Of a stretch of DNA of 64,000 nt, positions 1 through 12,186 are shown one piece after another (position 1 is the stretch's first letter; each line of letters opens with the position of its first letter). The notes below the pieces were generated by a model. The model saw nothing but the letters and a program-made list of their open reading frames with translations, was not told the DNA's origin and did no database searches. The stretch comes from Macrostomum hystrix (Eukaryota > Animalia > Platyhelminthes). The position numbers and the translations under genes were made by a program. The DNA is taken from the NCBI GenBank assembly GCA_950097015.1, contig CATNEN010000038.1, positions 29,574,001 through 29,638,000 of the forward strand, given 5' to 3'.

Positions 1-1650
1 AGTTGATTGGATGTGTAAAATTTCAGACTGATTCATGAAAGCGTCTGCGGGTTATTCAATTTTAAAGTGTGTTTCGTATCTCCGTAGTGTATTTTTGGGA
101 GCCAGCTTGACATTCGCAGGCAGACACTTCTACTGCATCAATCGCAATGAAAATTTACAAAACCTCTGATGCAATCGAGTTGATTGGATGTGTAAAATTT
201 CAGGCTGATTCATGAAAGCGTCTGCGGGTTATTCAATGTTAAAGTGTGTTCGTATCTCCGTAGTGTATTTTTGGGAGCCAGCTTGACATTCGCAGGCAGA
301 CACTTCTACTGCATCAATCGCAATGAAAATTTACAAAACCTCTGATGCAATCGAGTTGATTGGATGTGTAAAATTTCAGGCTGATTCATGAAAGCGTCTG
401 CGGGTTATTCAATGTTAAAGTGTGTTCGTATCTCCGTAGTGTATTTTTGGGAGCCAGCTTGACATTCGCAGGCAGACACTTCTACTGCATCAATCGCAAT
501 GAAAATTTACAAAACCTCTGATGCAATCGAGTTGATTGGATGTGTAAAATTTCAGGCTGATTCATGAAAGCGTCTGCGGGTTATTCAATGTTAAAGTGTG
601 TTCGTATCTCCGTAGTGTATTTTTGGGAGCCAGCTTGACATTCGCAGGCAGACACTTCTACTGCATCAATCGCAATGAAAATTTACAAAACCTCTGATGC
701 AATCGAGTTGATTGGATGTGTAAAATTTCAGGCTGATTCATGAAAGCGTCTGCGGGTTATTCAATGTTAAAGTGTGTTTCGTATCTCCGTAGTGTATTTT
801 TGGGAGCCAGCTTGACATTCGCAGGCAGACACTTCTACTGCCTCAATCGCAATGAAAATTTACAAAACCTCTGATGCAATCGAGTTGATTGGATGTGTAA
901 AATTTCAGACTGATTCATGAAAGCGTCTGCGGGTTATTCAATTTTAAAGTGTGTTTCGTATCTCCGTAGTGTATTTTTGGGAGCCAGCTTGACATTCGCA
1001 GGCAGACACTTCTACTGCATCAATCGCAATGAAAATTTACAAAACCTCTGATGCAATCGAGTTGATTGGATGTGTAAAATTTCAGGCTGATTCATGAAAG
1101 CGTCTGCGGGTTATTCAATGTTAAAGTGTGTTCGTATCTCCGTAGTGTATTTTTGGGAGCCAGCTTGACATTCGCAGGCAGACACTTCTACTGCATCAAT
1201 CGCAATGAAAATTTACAAAACCTCTGATGCAATCGAGTTGATTGGATGTGTAAAATTTCAGGCTGATTCATGAAAGCGTCTGCGGGTTATTCAATGTTAA
1301 AGTGTGTTTCGTATCTCCGTAGTGTATTTTTGGGAGCCAGCTTGACATTCGCAGGCAGACACTTCTACTGCATCAATCGCAATGAAAATTTACAAAACCT
1401 CTGATGCAATCGAGTTGATTGGATGTGTAAAATTTCAGGCTGATTCATGAAAGCGTCTGCGGGTTATTCAATGTTAAAGTGTGTTTCGTATCTCCGTAGT
1501 GTATTTTTGGGAGCCAGCTTGACATTCGCAGGCAGACACTTCTACTGCATCAATCGCAATGAAAATTTACAAAACCTCTGATGCAATCGAGTTGATTGGA
1601 TGTGTAAAATTTCAGACTGATTCATGAAAAGCGTCTGCGGGTTATTCAAT
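1..1650 (+). repeat. 176-177 bp tandem satellite, about 9 near-identical copies (array continues past the window start)
   Basis: Unit AGTTGATTGGATGTGTAAAATTTCAG...CTGATGCAATCG recurs at 1, 178, 354 and onward. Confidence 0.98.
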
Positions 1651-1651
1651 A

Positions 1652-2371
1652 TGTTGTGATTTAATAGTTTCTATATGTACTGTATTTAATAGTTTCTATG
1701 TACTGTATTTTTCGGTGCACTTTCACAGTCGCGTTGCACTTTGAGTCGCCCCCCTGCCCCTTTCTTGCTCTGCGCCTGCCTGCCTATCAATTTCTCTCAC
1801 CCCTGGCGTCTGATTGGTTGAGCTAAGACGTTGCGTACCCCCGGTTATTGTCATCTTCCGTTCCTGCCCTCTCATTGGTTCGCGGCTCGCCCAGTTGTCT
1901 TATTGACCCTGCGTGATTGGCGAGGCTGCGACTGGTTCTCTCTCTTACTTTCTCTTACTTTCTCTCTCTACCCTGCAGCTTAGCCGTGATCGGGTATTAC
2001 CCTGCTCACCCTGGGTGAGCAGGTCTTATTTATTGGCGTGCGCGCGCTCGTCCCCCTCGGACGTGACTGTTTTGTTTTGTTGAGCACCCCAACCACCGCC
2101 TACCAGACAAAATACATCAACTCAGCCAGCTCTCCCGAGCGCAAACCCGCACTGCAAGCCTACGTAAGTGTCGTCTGCCTCTGTCTTTTCGGGTTCAGTC
2201 ACTAGGACTTTGTCGCCAGGGCCTGTGCATTCGTTGCGACCTTGGTTGCCGGCTTACTGCCTGTGCGTCTAGTGCGACAGTAGGCCGACACATAGTAGGA
2301 CGGAAGTGCTGAACCTCCCTGCTCGTCCTGAGCGAGAGGCGAAGCCGGCTGGCCCGTCTCGGGACACAACA
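1652..2371 (+). mobile_element. 5' LTR (720 bp) of a Ty3/gypsy-like retrotransposon
   Basis: Inverted termini TGTTGTG (1652-1658) and CACAACA (2365-2371), followed by a PBS and gag. Confidence 0.85.
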
Positions 2372-2372
2372 T

Positions 2373-2390
2373 TGGTGTCGTGACCAGGAT
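2373..2390 (+). other. Primer binding site, tRNA-His-like
   Basis: TGGTGTCGTGACCAGGAT lies 1 nt after the LTR end and resembles the complement of a tRNA-His 3' end (TGGTGCCGTGACTCGGAT). Confidence 0.7.
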
Positions 2391-2534
2391 AGTTCGTGCC
2401 TGTTAGGATCCTCGACCCCATGTGTTAATTAGCTTAGGGATTCTGTTCAGGAGGGGTGTTTTCTAGGACTTTTGCCAGTGCTTTGTTGTTGCCGTGATAT
2501 TTTTATCTTGTGATTCGAGGATTTTGTTGTCGTC

Positions 2535-3620
2535 ATGGGAGACGAAGGAGTGAATCGCCTCGTGGAGCTGATGACTGCGTCGGTGCGTCGGACCTTGCAG
2601 CAGGAGATAAATGCAGCGCAGAATGTCCAGAGGCCAGCGAAGCCGCCGAAGTATTCTAGTGGAGACAACTTTCGCCTGTGGTTGCAGAAGTTCAACGCTT
2701 ATTGTGATGCTGCGCAGATTGCGGAGGCCGCTCGAAGGCCGCACCTGCTTAGCTTCTTGGATTTGAATACAGCATTTGCAGCGGTGGAGAATCTACAGCT
2801 GGATGAGGATCTGGAATATCAGGAGTTTACGGACGCTCTGTTGGAAAGGTTTCAGCAGCACCGCACGACTGAAGATTACCGGATGGAGCTGGAGTCACGA
2901 GTGCAGAAGGAGGGCGAGACCTACGAGGCATACGCCGATGCACTGCTGGAGCTGGCGAGGAATGCCTACCCTGAAGACGAGCTGCCCGCTGAGATTGTCA
3001 ACAGTTTTGCAAGGGACAGATTCAAGAAGGGCATTAAGGCTACTGAGAGCGTCAAGGAGTACGTGATCCTTCAACAGCCTGCTACTCTCGCTGAGGCTGT
3101 GCGTTGCGTTCGACGAAAGGAGGCAGCTACTCTAGCCGCCAAGACGTCAGGCTCGGACCAGACCTCCAGGAAGACGACATCAGGTGTGGCTGCCGTGGAC
3201 ACCAGAGCCGCCAGTTCAGAAGGTTTTGGAGCGCTTCAGCAGCGGATCCGTGAGCTGGAAGACCAACTGAAGCGGCTGAGCCAGACGCCGCCTCCTCGAC
3301 AGTCTGCTGCACCGTCGCCTGCTGGGTCGATCTGCGCGTCCGCGCGGCCCGGGGCCCGGGTTGCTAGGAGACAGGGGGGCCTGCGCGTACGCCGCGACCC
3401 CTAGTCGTCTAGCAGAGCAACAGCAGAGGCAGCATGGTGCTTGCTTTCAGTGCGGAGATGTCGGCCACCTAGCGCGTGAGTGTCCTAGTCGCGTCGGAAG
3501 GATGCAGCAACCGCCACCGAGCACAGCAGCGATGACTGTTGGTCCAAGGCGTAGCTACGCGTGCAACCAGCCAGGTCATCTGGCCAAGAATTGTCGGTTG
3601 GGAAACTTCAGCAGGGCGAA
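2535..3620 (+). pseudogene. gag: Retrotransposon Gag (capsid ORF 2535-3404 plus frameshifted zinc-knuckle region); pol absent
   Basis: Capsid-like RVQKEGETYEAYADALLELARNAYP; CCHC knuckle CFQCGDVGHLAREC and a second degenerate knuckle in the +1 frame; G GGA AAC at 3600-3606. Confidence 0.85.
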
Positions 3621-3781
3621 AACTGATTTATTCGTTCAAAAATACTACAATAAGACACTTAAACAACTTAACACTAAAAAATTCTCATTAAATCACACAG
3701 CCCCTCTTTTACTGTAAAAAAACTACACAGGCTGATTTATAAGCCCGCGAAGATCAATTGCCTTGAATTCATTGCGAGCTG

Positions 3782-4800
3782 ATGTCAAGCTGCACTGGCT
3801 CCCAAAATACACTACGGAGATACGAAACACACTTTAAAATTGAATAACCCGCAGACGCTTTCATGAATCAGCCTGAAATTTTACACATCCAATCAACTCG
3901 ATTGCATCAGAGGTTTTGTAAATTTTCATTGCGATTGATGCAGTAGAAGTGTCTGCCTGCGAATGTCAAGCTGGCTCCCAAAAATACACTACGGAGATAC
4001 GAAACACACTTTAACATTAAATAACCCGCAGACGCTTTCATGAATCAGTCTGAAATTTTACACATCCAATCAACTCGATTGCATCAGAGGTTTTGTAAAT
4101 TTTCATTGCGATTGAGGCAGTAGAAGTGTCTGCCTGCGAATGTCAAGCTGGCTCCCAAAAATACACTACGGAGATACGAAACACACTTTAACATTGAATA
4201 ACCCGCAGACGCTTTCATGAATCAGTCTGAAATTTTACACATCCAATCAACTCGATTGCATCAGAGGTTTTGTAAATTTTCATTGCGATTGAAGCAGTAG
4301 AAGTGTCTGCCTGCGAATGTCAAGCTGGCTCCCAAAAATACACTACGGAGATACGAAACACACTTTAACATTGAATAACCCGCAGACGCTTTCATGAATC
4401 AGCCTGAAATTTTACACATCCAATCAACTCGATTGCATCAGAGGTTTTGTAAATTTTCATTGCGATTGATGCAGTAGAAGTGTCTGCCTGCGAATGTCAA
4501 GCTGGCTCCCAAAAATACACTACGGAGATACGAAACACACTTTAACATTGAATAACCCGCAGACGCTTTCATGAATCAGCCTGAAATTTTACACATCCAA
4601 TCAACTCGATTGCATCAGAGGTTTTGTAAATTTTCATTGCGATTGATGCAGTAGAAGTTACTTTTTGAAAGTACAAGAATATACACTGCGGAGATAGGAA
4701 CAAACTTCAAAGCTGTGTAATTCTTTTATGCATTGACAAAAATAAATTATATTTATTTTGGAACGTTATCTTAGTTGCATCAGAAGATCTTGTAAGTTTA
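3782..4800 (-). repeat. Same 177-bp satellite in inverted orientation, about 5 copies plus a degenerate unit
   Basis: Reverse complement of the 1-1650 unit (CTGGCTCCCAAAAATACACTACGGAGATACG...); decays at 4660-4800. Confidence 0.97.
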
Positions 4801-5890
4801 GCTGTAATTGAATGGTTATTTTTTAAGATACAATACTCTTGTTTGAATGTGAATGTGAATGTGAATGTCAATCGGGAAATTAATACGTGGTAAGTTTTAA
4901 GTTAGGAAACAATTGGTGTACTCGTATTTGTTTACTTGACTCTTGTCGAAAGTGATAAAACATGTAAATATGTATAGAGGCAGTCAGACAAAAAATAATA
5001 CAACCCAAAACACTGAGTTTTTGTAAATGAATATGGCAGTAAGGGAATATAATTTGATTTGATTACTTACCATTACATTATATAACATTTTAATACGAGA
5101 AATATCTCGTCTTAAAACATTACATTTTAATATTCGTATATCTACTTTATATATTATAAATTATGTTATGTAGTATTTATATAGACTTAACAATTTTGGT
5201 CTATATTCTGCTATTGTAATTTGTATAAGGTTTGTGCAACTTTCTTAGTAGGATCTAGTTTGTTCACAAAAAACTGAAAATGTATATATGACAGCAAATG
5301 TATTCTACCTAGCTCTTATAGTTGTCTTTTGTAGATTTTGTAGACATGTATTCAATTTCTAGATATGTGTATTTTAGTATATACCTAGTTTCTTCTTTCT
5401 TGACTATCATATATGCACGACACTCAGCAGACCCTACTGAACTGGCTGGGTAAAATGAGGACCAAACAAAGTAAGTTGCAAAAATCAACTCACCAAGACT
5501 TTTAATAATCAAAGGGGACCAAGGGAGAAGAGGGAAAGAAAAAAGCACCAAGAAGAGAAAGAGAAAAGAGAGGAGGGGTGAAAAGAAGAAAATAGAAGAC
5601 AAGGTCATGAAAATGAGGATGAAGATATGACTTTTAAAATTTAAAAGTAAATTGCAAAGGAGGGAAAGCTAAGGGATAAGTTAGGTGCAGATAAGGAGGT
5701 GAAACTAAGTAACAGTTGAGGTGAGAGAAAGTTAAGTTGTAGTTAAGGAAAGCAATGTTGCTGTTCAGAGATTAGTTTGGTTCTTTATTCATGTACTCTT
5801 TCTGTTTGCCTGCTTCTCTCTGTTTTTTCTTTTCATTCTTTTTTATTTTTTCTACTCTGTTTTTTGCCTTATTTTTCTTTGCCTTTTTTC

Positions 5891-7850
5891 TTATATCTGT
5901 CTCTCCTCTCTCTTTCTCTTTTGAGGCAAAATTAATATTAGAAAACTAAGTTGTGAATGAGCAGAACAAATAATAGGCTGACAAAGCACCTCCTCACACC
6001 TCAGGTGTTGTCGGGTTCGGGGTCTAGGCTGCAGTGTTGAAGCAGCCTGTGCATGTGGTTGGTGCACACTGGTAGGCCACTCCTGGTACAGGATGCCAGT
6101 GGCTTCTGCTTTCTCAACATGGTGCACTTTTAACATGCCTGTTATTGGGGGCACCATGACATTTTGAAGAATGCTCTTCAATTCATCAATCTTATCAGTG
6201 GTTACCTTTAAAAAAAGAATAATATAGGTTTGTTAAATTGTATGTGTGTTGACTTTTATAATAACAGTTTATATTATGTAACTGCCCTATTTTATAGGAC
6301 ACTCTGGAACAAAAATTAGCTGTACTTTATGTACCTGCAACAACAAGATTGTCGAATCGCGCAGGCCTCCATTCATAGCAGACTCCACATCTGCGACAGA
6401 AATGACAGATTCTCCTTGAGCCACCGCCTCATCACATCGGCGCTTAATAGTGGCACCAACTCCATCAGGGGCGCCCTTGCCATGGCCGGCCTCCATAAAA
6501 ATCCACTGCCAGTTTGAAATGCCACGTGCCGCCATATCCTGCTGAAAGAGATACATTGTGTATCTGTTGTGGTACTGTGATGATGGTGAGTTGGAAATAA
6601 TTGTGACCAGACTGATGTCACAAATGGACTGGCAGTGGTCTAGGATGGGCTGCAGGTGCGCAGTGACTGCCTCGCCCACCTTCCAGCGATCGGCTGACAG
6701 AGTTGCAAATGGTGCAGGGTCTGTGCCCTAAATTGTGACAGTTGGATACATTATTGGTTAAATTAACTTTTAATGGTTTCAGTATGGAAAAAGAATCATT
6801 TTATTGATCTTGCCTTGATGTAGAATATTCCTTGGTGGATTATGACTTCATGGTTGCTGCCGTAGTGCGCGCTTGTTACTTCGTGGCCATATTTGCCTGT
6901 GTAATTTTCTGGAAAGTCGACATGGATGACTACATGGCTATCCTCCAGCGACGAGTGTACAGCGCAGATGCACCAAAATTGAGGTTTGATGAGGTAGAAG
7001 TGGCAGGAGTATTTTTTCAGACTCTGCTGAAAGGCTTTGATCACCACAGCCAGGTCGTCACACTTCTGAAATAGTTTAAGAGAGCGAGAAGCTAATTATC
7101 TGATCCCTTCAGAGTTATCAAGCCACATGTTTTAATGTGTGACACTGATATCAATCAACTATTTTAAAAAGCTGTCAGAGTGGTTTTGGATGTTACCTGA
7201 ATGCACTGGGTCGACTTGAAATTGTTCTCATTGGTCGTCAAGGCCCATTGGAAGTAGTTTAGCATTTGGGATGCAGCACTCAAAAAGTGCATCGGAACGC
7301 ACTTGTCCATGCAAGCTGCACACTCTCTTTGCAGACAAGCCGCAGAAGCAGGTGACTGGTCCGAGTCGCACAGGATCTGCTGCAGCAGCTGCAGCTTCTG
7401 TTTGAAGAGTTTGGACTTAAAGCAGCAGCTGGGACAGCAGCTGGGTCAGCACGTAGGACAGCAGCTGGGTCAGCAGGTAGGACAGCATCTGGGTCAGCAG
7501 GTAGGACAGCAGCTGGGTCAGCAGGGATGACAATAGCTGGGTCAGCAGGTATGACAGCAGCTGGGTCAGCAGGTATGACAGCAGCTGGGTCAGCAGGTAT
7601 GACAGCAGCTGGGTCAGCTGGCAGGACAGCAGCTGCAGCTGCTTTAGCCTCTGGCTAGTTTTTTTCTACAACGATCTTTTTTCCTCCATTCACGGATTTC
7701 ACGCATACTCATGGTAGCCTTCTTCTTTTCAGCATACCTCTTTGAAACAGCAGCTTGACGAGCCCTGAAGGCTTCAGGATTTTCAGCTTTTTGCTTTGCT
7801 ATATAACACTGATCACGTGTCTTCTTTAAATCACTGTTGACCTTAGCCAT
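5891..7850 (-). mobile_element. Degenerate, apparently intron-containing Sola2-type DDD transposase
   Basis: Fragments HVDFPENYTGKY...SAHYG, SNSPSSQYHN and WIFMEAGHGKGAPDGVGATIKR, an upstream Cys cluster (~7280-7380) and a basic N-terminus; frameshifts and stops. Confidence 0.75.
7424..7640. repeat. 24-bp minisatellite inside the transposase (encodes AVIPADPA on the minus strand)
   Basis: CAGCTGGGTCAGCAGGTATGACAG tandem units. Confidence 0.9.
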
Positions 7851-9140
7851 TGCTATAAGTAAGAATTATACAAAACAAAAAATTAGCTAGTTTTTTTGGA
7901 AATAAAAAAAAAGATTTGAAAATGGATTTCTATAAATTTCTATAATTTTTTTCAAATTTAATAACTGTTTCTAAGTTATTGATAAAAGTTGCCATTTTAT
8001 GTTATATTTTTTAGCAAATATTGTAATATATATTACATGCCATGGTCATCATTTTAAATTTGTAGGTATAATCATTTAATTTAAGTTTAGAAATAAGTTT
8101 TAAGACTAGGAAGTCCTACTTGTCCTTGAGATTAAAAAATATCAGCTAGAAATTTACATTACTTATATGAAGTCAACAAAAGAACTAGGCCTAAGGATTC
8201 TAATTATATATCATAGCAAGACAATAATTTCTGCCTTAATGCTATCAAGTATCCATGTAGCTAACAACTTTCAATAATATTTTATTTTCAATGACTTATT
8301 TTTATTGAGTTAAAAGTCCATAACTGCTACACACAATAAAAACATAAATGGCTGCCAGACTGCCATGCTCATGCATGTAGTTAAAATAATAGGTGAATTG
8401 CTGCCATGTGAGCAATTAAAAAACTATGTGAATGGCTACCCTATATGTATGTGCTCTTGATAAACTTTACTGACATATTGTCTAATTTATAACCTTGAAC
8501 TTGAAGGCTAACTTCTAAGCAAGGCATAGTGAAAGTATAAACTGCCTGATAATGATTAAGTCAGGCCAGATATACAAACCTGTTATGAGCTTTTGCCTAT
8601 ATAGTATCTTTGTGTTGCCCAGGAGTCAGTAGCCAGGAGCCAGGAGTCAACTCTGCCTACCTACCTCACTGTAGGTATATTGTCACTAAATTATGTGTGA
8701 TTGCCTGAAGCCCTTCTCAGTAATTATTGTTATTATAGCTACTGGCTCAACATTTCCCGGTCACTTATTGTTATTTAATTACTGTTTGTTATAACTGTTT
8801 TTCATTTGTAGAAGCATTTATGCATAATTAAAAAAATTACATTTAATATTCATTTTTTAGTATAATGTTGACTAAAATGTTCACTTAGCATTTCACTATA
8901 TGTGATGTTTATAAATTGATACTTTGGTATTAAAATAGTTCCTTTACCTCCAGTTATGCAAGGAGACATATTGAACTGTACGAAAGATCTCTTGTTGTTA
9001 TACAATTTAAAAAGAACTAGAAGCATGCATTCGCATTAACTTTACATTTCAGTAAGCAAACCCCTTTCCCAGATCCCCCCAAGGCTCGCTTGTCTTTAAA
9101 CTGTGTCTAACATCAACTAGCAACCCCTGAGCGCACAAGG

Positions 9141-10197
9141 ATGGTCAAGGGAGACAAGCGCAAATGGAAGGAGGGCTTCTTCGATAAGCTGACTACCCTA
9201 TTGAACGAGTACTCCAAGGCTTTCATTGTTAGTGTGGACAATGTCGGCTCCAACCAGATGCAGCAGATCAGACAGTCGATGCGCAACGAAGCCGTGATCC
9301 TGATTGGCAAGAACACCATGATCAGGAAGGTGGTGCGCGCCATGCTGGAGGATCATCCATCGCTTGAGAAGCTGCTGCCTCACGTGCGTCTTAACGTTGG
9401 CTTCGTGTTTACTAATCAGGATTTGAACGAAGTTCGCACCAAGATCGAAGCCAACCAGGTGGCCGCCCCGGCCAGGGCAGGCGCAATTGCGCCCTGCGAC
9501 GTTGTTGTGCCGGCCCAGAACACCGGCCTGGGACCGGAGAAGACCAGCTTCTTTCAGGCGTTGAACATCCAGACTAAGATTACTCGCGGCACCATTGAAA
9601 TCTTGTCAGACGTTCCGCTGATTAAGAAGAATAGCAAGGTTTGATTGAAAGCATTCCGTTGAGATTACTGTAAACTTTACTGTACTTACATTAACTTTAA
9701 CCAGTTTTTCAACGGTTCGCTTAATAACCTCCCAGGTGGGCCAGTCCGAAGCGACCCTGCTCAACATGCTCAAAATCTCGCCATTCTCTTACGGCCTTAG
9801 AATTCGCCAGGTGTACGACAACGGCAGCGTATTCGGACCGCAGGTCCTGGACATTCGCGACGAGGACATAATTAGCCGCTTTCTATCCGGCAGCCGTCGC
9901 GTGGCCGCCCTGTCGCTGCAGCTGGGCACGCCAACCCTGGCCTCGGCGCCGCACTCTGTTGTTAACGCATTCAAACGCTGCCTAGCCATCGCCGTTGAGA
10001 CCGATTATAGTTTCCCTCTAGCCGAGAAAGTCAAGGACTACATTAAGAATCCGGGCAAGTTTGCCGTAGCCGCCGCCCCGGCTGCTGCCGCCGCGCCGGC
10101 CGCCGCTGCCGCCCCGGCTGGCGGCAAGAAGGAAGAGAAGAAAGTAGAGAGCTCGGCCGAGTCCGACGACGATATGGGCATGTCGCTGTTCGATTGA
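9141..10197 (+). CDS. RPLP0: 60S acidic ribosomal protein P0; exons 9141-9638, 9736-10197 (319 aa)
   Basis: [35 protein letters not shown], Ala hinge, C-terminal [12 protein letters not shown]; GT-AG intron 9639-9735; AATAAA at ~10367. Confidence 0.98.
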
Positions 10198-10619
10198 AGC
10201 GTATCGATGGAAAATCACTGTCGGATTTAGTTGCTCTGGGACTGTTTCTGAGTTGAAAGCTACACGTGTTTGCTTTGGGGTGCCGTCGCCTTAGCTATTT
10301 TAGTGTGTGTTTGGGGGGATAGGCGCACTGTGGCACTCTGGTTGCGTTTGACAAACTGAGATGGATAATAAAACACGCTTTAGTTCAGTTTATTCCTGGA
10401 CTCGCCCTGTTCTTATTGGATTAAAATTGGTTTGTCTTTTGTGCTCACTTACTTTTGTGTCATTGCGTACAACCCTTATTTCATTTTAAGTTGGCCCACC
10501 CCAGTCGATAGACTTTAAGTACGAATATTGACACTTTTTTCTCTAGACTTCGGCGATTGTCGATTTCATTCAAAATCACAATCTTTTAAAAAAGGGGGGA
10601 ATGTTAGTGTATTTCTGGT

Positions 10620-12090
10620 GCGTTTACCACTAATTGGATCGCTTAAAATGTGCTCTATATTTGGTTTCAAAGCCCCAAACAGTTTTCCGATTGCTTATAT
10701 TCCTGTTTTTTCTACCCTTTTGCTGGGCAGAGGTGCCTATGGATGGACTCAAAGAATTCCTGGAAAGCCTCAATCAGCAGAAGGTAAACTATAAACGTTT
10801 TGGGAGCGTTAATCACCGATTGGATTGCTTTAAAGTGTGTGCCCCAGTCGGTTTCAAAGCCCCAGACATTAAAAAAGTAAGTCAACTTTTATGTACCCCT
10901 TTGTTGGGCAGAGTTGCCTATGTACTCAAAAAATTTGGTATGCCTCAATCAGCGAAAGGTAGATCAAATGTACGGGTGCGTTAATCACCGATTGGATTGC
11001 TATAAAATGTGTGCACCGGTTGGTTTCAAAGCCCCAGACATTTTTTAGATTTATTTGACAATTTTCATGTACCCTTTTGCTGGGCAGAGGTGCCTATGGA
11101 CTCAAAGAATTCCTGGAAAGCCTCAATCAGCGGAAGGTAGATTGTTTGAACGGGAGCGTTAATCACCGATTGGATCGCTATAAAATGTGTGCACCGGTTG
11201 GTTTCAAAGCCCCAGACATTAAAAATAAGTCCACTCTGAGGCTATCCTTTTGCTGGGCAGAGGTGCCTATGGACTCAAAGAATTCCTGGAAAGCCTCAAT
11301 CAGCGAAAGGTAGATCAAATGTACGGGTGCGTTAATCACCGATTGGATTGCAATAAAATGTGTGCACCGGTTGGTTTCAAAGCCCCAGACATTTTTTAGA
11401 TTTATTAGACAATTTTCATGTACCCTTTTGCTGGGCAGAGGTGCCTATGGACTCAAAGAATTCCTGGAAAGCCTCAATCAGCGGAAGGTAGACTGTTTGA
11501 AAGGGAGCGTTAATCACCGATTGGATCGCTATAAAATGTGTGCACCGGTTGGTTTCAAAGCCCCAGACATTAAAAATAAGTCCACTCTGAGGCTATCCTT
11601 TTGCTGGGCAGAGGTGCCTATGGACTCAAAGAATTCCTGGAAAGCCTCAATCAGCGGAAGGTAGATTGTTTGAAAGGGAGCGTTAATCACCGATTGGATT
11701 GCTATAAAATGTGTGCTCCAGTTGGTTTCAAAGCCCCTGACATTAAAAATAAGTCCACTCTGAGGCTATCCTTTTGCTGGGCAGAGGTGCCTATGGACTC
11801 AAAGAATTCCTGGAAAGCCTCAATCAGCGGAAGGTAGATTGTTTGAAAGGGAGCGTTAATCACCGATTGGATTGCTATAAAATGTGTGCTCCAGTTGGTT
11901 TCAAAGCCCCTGACATTAAAAATAAGTCCACTCTGAGGCTATCCTTTTGCTGGGCAGAGGTGCCTATGGACTCAAAGAATTCCTTGAAAGCCTCAATCAG
12001 CGGAATGTAGATCGTATGAACGGGAGCGTTAATCACCGATTGGATTGCTATAAAATGTGTGCTCCAGTTGGTTTCAAAGCCCCTGACATC
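10620..12090 (+). repeat. 173/178-bp tandem satellite, about 8 copies, two subtypes
   Basis: Recurring TTTTGCTGGGCAGAGGTGCCTATGGACTCAAAGAATTCC and GATTGGATTGCTATAAAATGTG. Confidence 0.95.
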
Positions 12091-12186
12091 TAGAGCTCTA
12101 AGGGAGTTAGCATTGTGTTTCCTTGTATTTTCCATTCTTAACATTATCCCAGATTATCGATAAAGGTAAAATTTCTACAATTGCAG

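Noticed and set aside
10528-12144. Repeated 78-116 aa ORFs
   Set aside because: Products of the 173/178-bp satellite; frames shift between units.
12166-12186. GT...AG micro-intron providing an upstream start for MsrB
   Set aside because: 21 nt is too short for a normal intron, and removing it still yields no in-frame ATG before the stop at 12139.
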